From a virus (lineage: Duplodnaviria > Caudoviricetes): a stretch of DNA of 54,276 nt. Under the pieces are notes generated by a model. That model did not search any database, was not told the DNA's origin, and worked only from the letters and a program-made list of their open reading frames with translations. Shown here one piece after another: positions 1-7,865 of the stretch. How positions within the stretch are numbered: position 1 is the stretch's first letter; each line of letters opens with the position of its first letter. Location: positions 1 through 54,276 of the IMG/VR virus record IMGVR_UViG_3300045020_000038; one strand, given 5' to 3'. The position numbers were made by a program, and so were the translations under genes.

Positions 1-127
1 GACAAGATATGCATTCGCATCCTGTCGATATCTCGGCTGAGGCTTTCCCTTACGATTAGCTTTATACTCTGGATCAACAGTATATCTGAATTGGTCAGTT
101 CCGGTAATGTAACACTCATACTCAGTA
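1..127. repeat. 127-bp exact terminal overlap with 54150-54276 (circular assembly overlap)
   Basis: gacaagatat...ctcagta is identical at both ends and lies inside one continuous exonuclease reading frame. Confidence 0.95.
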
Positions 128-255
128 GCTCCAGTGGAAGTAAGGATGCGCTCCATCATACCATCGATGTCAATCCGAGCAGCATCCCATCCAAACGTTT
201 CATTATAGATGGCGCAACTGTATGAGACTATATCCCCATCAATTAGCGCTTTCAA
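1..255 (-). CDS. 5'-3' exonuclease, N-terminal part (continues across the join at 54149 to 53655)
   Basis: TTG start at 255 behind GGGAG; MKALIDGDIVSYSCA...FRYTVDPEYKANRKGKPQP matches T7 gp6/FEN-type motifs. Confidence 0.9.
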   Translation of the reverse strand, partial: MKALIDGDIVSYSCAIYNETFGWDAARIDIDGMMERILTSTGATEYECYITGTDQFRYTVDPEYKANRKGKPQPRYRQDANAYLV

Positions 256-427
256 GAAACTCCCGCATTTCACGAAGGTATCGTGCGGCAATAAACTTGG
301 CGGTATCATAATCATCCGCACCACCAACACACTGTCCCTCATCATTGATGATACGATATGGATCTTTATTCACGAGTACCTCACCTTGCGCGTTTTGGAA
401 ATAATAAGGCTTAAATTGAATTTCCAT
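239..427 (-). CDS. hypothetical protein
   Basis: 62-aa ORF with GAGGT RBS, packed between neighbouring genes. Confidence 0.7.
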   Translation of the reverse strand: MEIQFKPYYFQNAQGEVLVNKDPYRIINDEGQCVGGADDYDTAKFIAARYLREMREFLESAN

Positions 428-583
428 TTATCGACCTCGTCCAGTGTTCCGTCGGGTTGAAGTATTACGACGTGCTGTGTTCAGTGCAATAGCAACGGCC
501 TGTTTCTGAGGCTTACCAGCAGCTTTTTCTGTGCGGATATTTTGACTAATGGCCTCTTTAGATTTACCCTTATTCAGCGGCAT
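428..583 (-). CDS. small basic phage protein ([16 protein letters not shown]...)
   Basis: ATG at 583 overlaps the end of the upstream ORF; Lys/Arg-rich 51 aa; the longer ORF-track start is unlikely. Confidence 0.7.
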   Translation of the reverse strand: MPLNKGKSKEAISQNIRTEKAAGKPQKQAVAIALNTARRNTSTRRNTGRGR

Positions 584-779
584 TCGGTGCAGCCTCCACA
601 ACGGTAGCGGCAGTTTCCACAGAAGCCGCAACGGTAGGGTTTACCGGAACGGCCTCCACAGCTTGAGCAGCCTTTACAGCATCTGCTGCTACCTGGGTAT
701 GAATATGTGAGAAGATCGCCTCAACCCTTTGTTCGAGAGAAGTCAGACGAGCCTTGATATCAGAGAGAAAATTAAACAT
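570..779 (-). CDS. hypothetical Ala/Val-rich protein
   Basis: ATG at 779 behind AAGGT; [20 protein letters not shown]... Confidence 0.7.
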   Translation of the reverse strand: MFNFLSDIKARLTSLEQRVEAIFSHIHTQVAADAVKAAQAVEAVPVNPTVAASVETAATVVEAAPNAAE

Positions 780-822
780 GTCATTTACCTTATAAAGTGA
801 ATAGAGAACTTCAATTACGGAA

Positions 823-1380
823 TCAGAAAGGAATATCTTCTTCCATCGTATCAATACTGCCCACATCCTTGCCGACAACAGCTTTAACATTATCGCTACT
901 GAAAACAAACTCTTCCAATTGACGTGCATAGTCGATAACCTCGTTAGCGTTCGGAATTACCTTTCCCGTCGCAGTTAGTGCATTCACCGCAGCACTGATG
1001 CTCGACTGTCGTACGATGTAAATCTGCTTCTTGGCTCGTTCCTCCGGAGTCTCCCACCCACCCTTCGTCACCGCAGGGCTTGATGCAGTAGCCCTTGTGG
1101 GTTGGTCCGCCACAGAAGAAGCACCGTTCCCTTTCGTTACCTTGATCCAATCGTTATACCCCGCATCGTTCTTTTTAACTTCCACATCCCAATGACTAGC
1201 GGCAGCCGCAGTAGCCAGTGTCTTGAATACATCTGCTTGTACACCAAAATCAAACAACTTCTTGGATTCAACCTTACCCTGAAAGGTAAGATTCTTATAA
1301 GCTACTTCCAACACTTGCATCGGCTTACCCGCCTTATTGGTCTGGGTAGTTACCATATTACTGAGAACTTGAATTTGCAT
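823..1380 (-). CDS. putative single-stranded DNA-binding protein
   Basis: beta-rich N-terminus, flexible linker, acidic C-terminal tail ending EEDIPF; adjacent to the polymerase; AAGGAG upstream of ATG 1380. Confidence 0.65.
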   Translation of the reverse strand: MQIQVLSNMVTTQTNKAGKPMQVLEVAYKNLTFQGKVESKKLFDFGVQADVFKTLATAAAASHWDVEVKKNDAGYNDWIKVTKGNGASSVADQPTRATASSPAVTKGGWETPEERAKKQIYIVRQSSISAAVNALTATGKVIPNANEVIDYARQLEEFVFSSDNVKAVVGKDVGSIDTMEEDIPF

Positions 1381-1417
1381 CTCTGCATTGCTCCTTGAGT
1401 ATTGAATTATAATTCTA

Positions 1418-2146
1418 TCAGAGTTTATCGGTTCTGTCAACTAGTTTCATATTTTTCATATCCATACCTGCCTTTACTTCACATCCCAAGGGTACCTGCC
1501 AATCATATTTAAAGGTACGTCGAATGTTAGTTACCAGATCATCGAAGACTTGGTAGAACAGATTAGCCACCTGTGAGACATATTTCTTTTCGGCATCTAC
1601 GACAATAGAATCGTGGACGGTCGAGATAAGCAAGACCGGAATACCAAGCGTACGAAGACGCCTCGCGAAGGAGATGCGGGCAATCATCATAACATCTGCA
1701 CCAGTACCCTGGACTGGGTAGTTTGTTAGGACGGTCCATGGTATTTTGACATTCCCATAGTTATCTCTCCCCATTGGGATTTCCCATACACGTCCGAAGG
1801 GTCCCATAATCGGCTCCCCTCGAACCACGCTTTCACTCCAGGCCAAATGAGTTTGGCTAATGACTCCGTATTTAGTATAGAATTTTTCCCCGATCGCATC
1901 CCAGAACTTAGGGTCTTTCGAGACGTGCATGAATGCTGGGTCGTTGGCGAATGCCCAACCACTACCACGGTAAATCGTCCGAAAGAGGTAGATCTTCGCA
2001 ATGAGCCGACTGGGGAGTTCAAACGCCGCCTGGTTAAGCGAGTGCGTATCAAGTCCCTTTGCAATTTCCTCCATCGCAACCGGGTCTCGTGCAAGCTCCG
2101 CAAGGGTGCGCCATTCGAGTTGTGCTGCATCACATGAGACAAGCAT
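1418..2146 (-). CDS. polA: family A DNA polymerase, C-terminal catalytic part
   Basis: motif A DAAQLEWR, motif B RLIAKIYLFRTIY (Phe at the 762-equivalent position), NYPVQGTGAD, motif C TVHDS; GGAG RBS and TAATG overlap. Confidence 0.93.
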   Translation of the reverse strand: MLVSCDAAQLEWRTLAELARDPVAMEEIAKGLDTHSLNQAAFELPSRLIAKIYLFRTIYRGSGWAFANDPAFMHVSKDPKFWDAIGEKFYTKYGVISQTHLAWSESVVRGEPIMGPFGRVWEIPMGRDNYGNVKIPWTVLTNYPVQGTGADVMMIARISFARRLRTLGIPVLLISTVHDSIVVDAEKKYVSQVANLFYQVFDDLVTNIRRTFKYDWQVPLGCEVKAGMDMKNMKLVDRTDKL

Positions 2147-2304
2147 TAATCTCCATAGTATCGTTTGATTTCAGTGAACAAAGTCAGACGGGCTTCCTCA
2201 CTCATATTCTTGATAAACTCTTCAAAGGTATCACTATACTCAAGAAGTACAAACATATCGTTGAGGAGTTTTTCTTCGGTTACCCTGGGTTTGCGGCTAG
2301 CCAC
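2146..2304 (-). CDS. 52-aa hypothetical protein inside the split polymerase locus
   Basis: GTG start behind GGAG; MASRKPRVTEEKLLNDMFVLLEY...YYGD; its stop overlaps the polymerase ATG (TAATG). Confidence 0.7.
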   Translation of the reverse strand: MASRKPRVTEEKLLNDMFVLLEYSDTFEEFIKNMSEEARLTLFTEIKRYYGD

Positions 2305-2435
2305 GTAGTGATCTCCGTGTTCTGATCATTAAGATTCTGAATCATTACCAACAGATTAGTGATGTCAGCCTGGTAGGCTGCTAGTTGTCCCTGGTTCTGT
2401 TGAAGGAGTTGTTGTAGTACTTCCTGTATTGTCAT
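2280..2435 (-). CDS. 51-aa Gln-rich coiled-coil protein inside the split polymerase locus
   Basis: TAATG overlap with the upstream polymerase gene; MTIQEVLQQLLQQNQGQLAAYQADITNL...ANPG. Confidence 0.7.
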   Translation of the reverse strand: MTIQEVLQQLLQQNQGQLAAYQADITNLLVMIQNLNDQNTEITTWLAANPG

Positions 2436-3565
2436 TAGTCGTATCTACTCACAAAAAGGTCATTTGCTTCTGAATCCAGATTCTGGAGATTGGGTCCACT
2501 TGAACTGAGTCGTCCGGTGGTTACCGTTACCTGATTGAACTGACCATGAAGATATTCAGGTTCCCAGTTCTGTTCTTCGGCCTTAAGGATAAGGCCATTG
2601 TAGGTCTTCGAGAGCAATGTCTCTAGCCGTACCTGCTTCTTGATAAGATCCAATATATGTCTAGTAGTTTTATTGGCTTTCAGCTTTAGCAAAGTATCAG
2701 CATTCGTGGCGAAGAATCCCTGCTTCTTAAGGGCACTACCACGCAAGGGTTCAATCAACCGGGGTAGTTCCACTAACCGTTCTATATTTTTATACTTCGG
2801 TTCACCAGCCCTTAGTCCCGTCTTGAAGACGCCCACCAGTTCTTTATCCGGGATTGTAATCGTGCCACCATACAGAAAGGCAGATAACTGATCGCCACTA
2901 CCAAAGTTAATAGGCACATCAGGATAAATCGTAGATAGTTCACCGGTGATTTGTTGTATTTGTTCTTTAATTTCTCCAGCACGGGTTCTTGCTAACTCCT
3001 CATTAAACTTTATTCCATTCCATTCCATCTCAGCCAGAATCATCAGGTCCATACACATCAGATTGCACAGACGCCTCTGTGATTCGGACATGAGACCCAT
3101 CTGATGTTCGTACAACCGTAAGGTCATAACAGCGTCCGTCGTAGCGTAGGAGCCCAGTATATCCCACGGAATGTCTTCCGTCTGGACTCCACGTTTCCAA
3201 TATTCCGCTACCTTGTCCTCTTTGTGTCCAAGACCATGTTTGACCAAGGACTCTTCGAGACTTGGATATTTCCATTGTTGGTTACTCAGTAAGAATTCAG
3301 CTACTTGGCAACACCAGATCCGGTTTTCTTCTAGGTTGATTCCGAGTTTTCGGCAGACGTTCGCATCGTATTTAATATTGAAGCCAACGATTGTTCCAGC
3401 TTTATCAACTCTTCGTTGCAGGAGTTCAATTGATTCCGGAGAGATCCTTTCTGCACCAGAATCTTGTTCATCTGCGAAAGAATAGCAGACAGGTTTGTGT
3501 CTTCGGTCACTCCAACTCCCCTTATTCCAAGTGTTTGACTCTGTATCGATAGCCAGAACATTCAT
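2435..3565 (-). CDS. polA: family A DNA polymerase, N-terminal part (3'-5' exonuclease plus thumb region)
   Basis: ExoI DTE, ExoII GFNIKYD, ExoIII YATTDA; ends just after TTGRLSSSGPNLQN. Confidence 0.92.
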   Translation of the reverse strand: MNVLAIDTESNTWNKGSWSDRRHKPVCYSFADEQDSGAERISPESIELLQRRVDKAGTIVGFNIKYDANVCRKLGINLEENRIWCCQVAEFLLSNQQWKYPSLEESLVKHGLGHKEDKVAEYWKRGVQTEDIPWDILGSYATTDAVMTLRLYEHQMGLMSESQRRLCNLMCMDLMILAEMEWNGIKFNEELARTRAGEIKEQIQQITGELSTIYPDVPINFGSGDQLSAFLYGGTITIPDKELVGVFKTGLRAGEPKYKNIERLVELPRLIEPLRGSALKKQGFFATNADTLLKLKANKTTRHILDLIKKQVRLETLLSKTYNGLILKAEEQNWEPEYLHGQFNQVTVTTGRLSSSGPNLQNLDSEANDLFVSRYD

Positions 3566-3744
3566 TCGTACATCATCGTAGTTAATACAAAGAAATGGAT
3601 ATCTAGTTTCTGTTCTTCCATTGAGAGATTATATCCTTCCGCGTTACCTTCAGCAGTTTCCAGATCTTTGAATACAGCTACTGGATGGAAGTCATCTCCA
3701 ATCTCCCGCATTACTACATATACCTGTGTAGATTTAAAGGTCAC
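3562..3744 (-). CDS. hypothetical protein
   Basis: 60-aa ORF overlapping both neighbours. Confidence 0.7.
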   Translation of the reverse strand: MTFKSTQVYVVMREIGDDFHPVAVFKDLETAEGNAEGYNLSMEEQKLDIHFFVLTTMMYE

Positions 3745-4957
3745 GATATCTTCCTATCTCTGGTTCAATCAACGTTTCCCAACGATCATGTCTCAACTTC
3801 GGATCAGTATCTTCATCTCCCCACAACTTATTCTTACTCAAATGGAGGAAACGAAGATTATCATAACCGGCTTCATTCACTTTTCCAACACCAAGAATCC
3901 AGTCCGCCTCAGCCTGTTTGCTTGTCTTAGCGTTAGCCACGTTTGCCATGGACAACCAGCGAACTCCCTCACCAGACCCATCTGCCTGGCAGACCCCGAT
4001 GACCGGACAATATGTCTTGGCGAGTTCACGAGCCCAAATGTATATGGATCCGAGTCGCAGATCCTCTCGATCATTGTCAAATCCTTTGATCTTATCGATC
4101 TGATCGAAAACAACGAGGCTCGGCTGGACTTTCTTACAGATGGCCTCAACTTGTTTAAAGTGAATTGACGCACTGTCCTTGAGCTTAATGTTGTCCTTAG
4201 TCGCCTGCAGATATTTCTCACGATTCTCTTCCAGATTACTCAGAAGTTGGGTGTTATCCATTCCAAGAGCAGACTGGTAACACCGAAGCATTACTTCCGT
4301 TCCGACCTGTTCATTGTTAAACCAGAGTACAGGATTCGTAGCTTGCGCAGCCATGAATGTAACTTCCGAAGCCAGGAACGTGGTTTTCCCTGTTTCCGGC
4401 CTTGCAAATACAAACCCAAAATTGCCCTGTCTAAGCGACCCAAGACGTTTATTGAGAGATTCAAGACGCCATCGCAAGCCTTCCACAGCGCGACTTGTAT
4501 TAACGATCTCCACAAGATCACTGCTAACGAAATCATTATCCTCGTCTTCACATAGTTGCTCCGGTGACTTGAGTTGTTCTACCAGTTGTTGATAGTCTTC
4601 TTCCTTACCCCGACCCTCCGCTAGTTCATAAGCAGATACAGATAGTTCCCGTAGAAGTCGGCTACGCTTGAACGTCTCAATAAGTTTTTCAGTCGAGAAA
4701 TCATTTGCATCTACCTGTTTGAGAGCGTCGAAGACGCCTGAGTAGAAATCTACCTTACTACGATTACTGGAGAAATACAGATTAGATAAGTCGTCAACGG
4801 TTAGATTACCGTCGGATTCTGTGGTAGTAAAGTACCCGTCGATGGTACGTACTACAGGATGTAGTTCCTTGGAGAAATCGGATACATCCAGGGTATCTCT
4901 GATCTTATTATAATTCTCTTTACTCAGAAGATATTTTACAATACTTAACTCTATCAG
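3734..4957 (-). CDS. DnaB-like (SF4) replicative helicase with a non-canonical start (CTG at 4957 or the next codon ATA)
   Basis: Walker A ARPETGKT, VVFDQ, GVCQA, KQAEAD; the frame is open 148 codons upstream of the GTG at 4513 with no ATG/GTG/TTG; GGAGGT RBS directly before. Confidence 0.9.
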   Translation of the reverse strand: MIELSIVKYLLSKENYNKIRDTLDVSDFSKELHPVVRTIDGYFTTTESDGNLTVDDLSNLYFSSNRSKVDFYSGVFDALKQVDANDFSTEKLIETFKRSRLLRELSVSAYELAEGRGKEEDYQQLVEQLKSPEQLCEDEDNDFVSSDLVEIVNTSRAVEGLRWRLESLNKRLGSLRQGNFGFVFARPETGKTTFLASEVTFMAAQATNPVLWFNNEQVGTEVMLRCYQSALGMDNTQLLSNLEENREKYLQATKDNIKLKDSASIHFKQVEAICKKVQPSLVVFDQIDKIKGFDNDREDLRLGSIYIWARELAKTYCPVIGVCQADGSGEGVRWLSMANVANAKTSKQAEADWILGVGKVNEAGYDNLRFLHLSKNKLWGDEDTDPKLRHDRWETLIEPEIGRYRDL

Positions 4958-5559
4958 ATATACCTCCCTCCAACTAGTTTCTTATTTTTGATAAAATCTT
5001 CAATAGCTTCGTGAACTTCTTTATTATTAAAAGTTGCTCGTTGCTGTCGAGGTGTTTCTTGCTTGGCAAATTCTCCAAAACCCTCTCCGGCTAATCTATC
5101 ATACTCTTTACAAGCATCCTGGTAATTATAAAAAGGTCCTCGTGAAATAACATTATTATCAATCTTCATATGTACATGCCAGGTATCACTACGAAAATCT
5201 TTTACTACTCCTTTAATACCTGTGAAAGAATTAAATTTCCTTTTCTTGTTTTGAGCATTCTGTTGTGCTGTCGCCAACCTAAGATTGTCCCAGCGATTGT
5301 TGCGTGCATTACCATCTTTATGATCTACATATTCAGGAGGCCATTCTCCTGTCATATAGAAGAAAGCTAATCGATGATAAGAATATGAATACCCTTCAAT
5401 TGTTATACTTCTATAGCCATATTCACTTTCTGTACCAGCAGGTCGTTCTATGTTACGACCTTGTTTTGGAACTAACCACCAGAACAAACCTGTTTCTGGT
5501 TCATACAACAATAGTTCTTTGAGTTCTTCTTGAGTTATCTTTTGTTCTTTATCTGTCAT
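4954..5559 (-). CDS. HNH homing endonuclease with an AP2-like C-terminal domain
   Basis: ITQEELKELLLYEPETG, YHRLAF, VDHKDGNARNNRWDNLR, TGIKGV, GFGEFA. Confidence 0.92.
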   Translation of the reverse strand: MTDKEQKITQEELKELLLYEPETGLFWWLVPKQGRNIERPAGTESEYGYRSITIEGYSYSYHRLAFFYMTGEWPPEYVDHKDGNARNNRWDNLRLATAQQNAQNKKRKFNSFTGIKGVVKDFRSDTWHVHMKIDNNVISRGPFYNYQDACKEYDRLAGEGFGEFAKQETPRQQRATFNNKEVHEAIEDFIKNKKLVGGRYI

Positions 5560-5604
5560 TAAGTATTCACTTATAAATAACCTGAACGGAAGAGAAAACA
5601 AATC

Positions 5605-5628
5605 AGCAGAGCCTTTGATGACTCTGCT
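5605..5628 (-). terminator. hairpin with a T-rich tail just downstream of a promoter
   Basis: AGCAGAG...CTCTGCT stem followed by GATTTGTTTTCTC on the minus strand. Confidence 0.4.
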
Positions 5629-5649
5629 TCAAAGAAAAGAGAAGTAATC

Positions 5650-5682
5650 TAACCTGACACAGTTTATTGGACTTGTCAAGTA
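5650..5682 (-). promoter_or_regulatory. putative promoter TTGACA-N17-CAGGTT with TGTG extension (copy 1)
   Basis: shares taacctgacacagttta and ttgtcaagta with 23905-23937; intergenic, upstream of the HNH/helicase/polymerase operon. Confidence 0.65.
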
Positions 5683-5745
5683 TTTCGTTCATCTTCCCTT
5701 TCCAATGTTACTTATATCTAGTTTACCATATAAATGGATACCTTG

Positions 5746-5895
5746 TCAAGAACTTTCATATCTTACCCTGTCACATCCTACCAAACTTCCATCCGGGTAT
5801 CGGTGGTAACCCGCCTCCGAGGGTATGTTTCTAAGATAGTTACGCCACGGATTAAACACTGGTAGACCTAACATACAACCGTCACACTGGTTAAT
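5746..5895 (-). CDS. small Cys-containing hypothetical protein, possible ATT start
   Basis: (I)NQCDGCMLGLPV...HRYPDGSLVGCDRVRY; ATT overlaps the stop of the upstream gene; an alternative ATG lies 7 codons in. Confidence 0.5.
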   Translation of the reverse strand: MNQCDGCMLGLPVFNPWRNYLRNIPSEAGYHRYPDGSLVGCDRVRYESS

Positions 5896-6079
5896 TCTCT
5901 GCGGAGTGATAGAGGGGTCGTAGTCCTTCTCTCCAATCGAGTCTACCCCTAAGCCTTCCAAGTTCCCAGGTGTTGTAGTCATATTCCCCTTCGGAAGGTA
6001 CATACGGATTGTCCCACGTAAAACCTCCGTCATAAAACCCAACACGGTATCCCTCAATATAAGATTGACTTCTAATCAT
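5891..6079 (-). CDS. ribosome modulation factor (Rmf)-like small protein
   Basis: YxxGYxxG...NPY...WxxG pattern as in Rmf; ATGA overlap with the upstream gene. Confidence 0.55.
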   Translation of the reverse strand: MIRSQSYIEGYRVGFYDGGFTWDNPYVPSEGEYDYNTWELGRLRGRLDWREGLRPLYHSAEN

Positions 6080-6435
6080 GGCGTACCTTCGATGTTGTCA
6101 TCCGGAATAACTGCTCGGTGTCCCTTGTTCCGTTCAAGTGCTTTGGCACAGTGGTTCTCCTGAAATATAGCTAGAAAGGAACACATACGACATCCCCACC
6201 CCCACGATGGGGGAGTAGTGCTCTGCTCATACAACTCAGCCTTGCTAGAACGGCTGGAGATCGTCTCGTCGGGGTCACCGAAGGCCAGGGTATTACCGAG
6301 ACAGTCCAACGTCACCAGGACGTTTTTAACGTACCCATCATCAGTACTGTACTTGTAGATCCCCAGGATAGACCGGGGTACTCGCCACAGAGCGATCCCC
6401 AGATTTTTGAAGTAAAGAATAAACAAACTATTCAT
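6076..6435 (-). CDS. conserved-looking phage hypothetical protein
   Basis: LDCLGNTLAFGDPDETISSR...ENHC motif; coupled to neighbours. Confidence 0.75.
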   Translation of the reverse strand: MNSLFILYFKNLGIALWRVPRSILGIYKYSTDDGYVKNVLVTLDCLGNTLAFGDPDETISSRSSKAELYEQSTTPPSWGWGCRMCSFLAIFQENHCAKALERNKGHRAVIPDDNIEGTP

Positions 6436-6748
6436 AGATCTTCTCCGTGATTACGTGGTTAAGTTTTCTTTGCCCCATCTCGTGAATTTCTTTGAGTTGT
6501 CGATCATAGTCCTTCATCTGTTCAATTGCTGCATCTTCCGAGTACCAGATATGTGTTTTGATATAACTATAAGGTGGATATCCCAATGCAGGTTCCCATT
6601 CACAGGAACCGGGTGTCTGAACATAGACCGCCCACGTGTAGGGATCTTCATGAACAATCTTATACTTGGCAAACAAAGGGGACTCCTTAGGAGGATAACC
6701 ATGTTGGATTACTGCCGATTCTGCTGGCTTATATTTAAACCAATTCAT
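6428..6748 (-). CDS. hypothetical protein
   Basis: AGGAG RBS, ATGA overlap. Confidence 0.75.
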   Translation of the reverse strand: MNWFKYKPAESAVIQHGYPPKESPLFAKYKIVHEDPYTWAVYVQTPGSCEWEPALGYPPYSYIKTHIWYSEDAAIEQMKDYDRQLKEIHEMGQRKLNHVITEKIYE

Positions 6749-6906
6749 TTTAAAATACTCCTGTAAAATTGTTCAAAGATCCGATCCAGTTGTAGGAGTA
6801 ATCGATCATACTTGTCGGGAATACCTTTAAATGAATTCCTTCGTTGACGAATCTCTTCATACTGCTGTAGGCACCATTTATAATATTCCGGATCAAGCAT
6901 TCTCAT
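6745..6906 (-). CDS. 53-aa hypothetical protein
   Basis: MRMLDPEYYKWCLQQYEEIRQRR...ILK; GAGG RBS; fills the gap between genes. Confidence 0.65.
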   Translation of the reverse strand: MRMLDPEYYKWCLQQYEEIRQRRNSFKGIPDKYDRLLLQLDRIFEQFYRSILK

Positions 6907-6907
6907 A

Positions 6908-6985
6908 TCATTTCCTCAACATTATGATAACATAGATAATCAGTGTTCCCCAGAACAATATATCAATTAAATCATAAGAGCTCAT
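6908..6985 (-). CDS. 25-aa putative single-TM peptide
   Basis: MSSYDLIDILFWGTLIIYVIIMLRK; ATGA overlap with the protease stop. Confidence 0.55.
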   Translation of the reverse strand: MSSYDLIDILFWGTLIIYVIIMLRK

Positions 6986-7674
6986 TTGAGATCTGCCAGT
7001 TCATAAGCCGGGGTTAGGTAACCAATCATAAACGGAATACCATTAATAACTTTCACCTGATCCATTTCCGCAAGACCCATTACACAACTGAGGGAATCAT
7101 CCACTGCCGGACCACCACTGTTCCCCGGCACTAACGAGGTATCATACTGGATAAAGTGATCAAATGGAACTGTCAGAATATCCTCTTGGGCACGATCCGG
7201 GTAAGCGACGTGACCAATGGAAACAGTCTTGGATAGACCGAGGGGTCCTCCCATGAGATCAAGTACCTCTCCATAATATGGTTTAAATGAGCATACAGCC
7301 AGCCCAACGGGCCAGTTGACCGTAGCATCACTGGTGGTAAGGGTCATGATGTCCGGACCCGTTGTATCGTCTGCATCACCGAGCTTCTGAATGTGGAAAG
7401 GGTGTTGCTTACCATCCCCAAAATCTACATTCAATACTGCTGTTGGATCCAATCCTTCGGCACAGTGTGCTGCCGTTACTACCTCATGTGTTCCCTTTAG
7501 TACCCAACCACTACAGTAACTGGAGTCCGTAGTCACTGCTACTACATTCTCCAGTTTCTGTTCCAGAGTCGGTGGAGGAACATAGTGACTAGTCTCATAA
7601 TAGATATGACCAAACAGAGACACCATAGCAATGAATGCCAAGGCACCAAGGGCGCTACCGATCTTCGTAAACAT
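6982..7674 (-). CDS. trypsin-like (S1) serine protease with an N-terminal membrane anchor
   Basis: VVTAAHC, PDIMTL, PGNSGGP catalytic triad motifs; hydrophobic N-terminal helix. Confidence 0.9.
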   Translation of the reverse strand: MFTKIGSALGALAFIAMVSLFGHIYYETSHYVPPPTLEQKLENVVAVTTDSSYCSGWVLKGTHEVVTAAHCAEGLDPTAVLNVDFGDGKQHPFHIQKLGDADDTTGPDIMTLTTSDATVNWPVGLAVCSFKPYYGEVLDLMGGPLGLSKTVSIGHVAYPDRAQEDILTVPFDHFIQYDTSLVPGNSGGPAVDDSLSCVMGLAEMDQVKVINGIPFMIGYLTPAYELADLK

Positions 7675-7865
7675 TATTTATCACCTTTAAGAATTTCTTC
7701 TAAAACCACATCATCATAAATTGTGTTGATCAACTTATTTGCTGCACGAATAGCGGGTTTCATCAACTGCTCTGCAGTATATACGTTACCCGGATTACTA
7801 AGAGTACTTCCAATAATACCTGCTGCATAACAAAGCAAACGCTCACGCTCATTACTTAATTTCAT
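7674..7865 (-). CDS. hypothetical protein
   Basis: TAATG overlaps on both sides. Confidence 0.75.
   Translation of the reverse strand: MKLSNERERLLCYAAGIIGSTLSNPGNVYTAEQLMKPAIRAANKLINTIYDDVVLEEILKGDK

Noticed and set aside
2147-2434. Self-splicing intron or intein in the polymerase
   Set aside because: The gap is tiled by two ORFs with TAATG overlaps, the downstream half has its own RBS and ATG, and I saw no intron core motifs.
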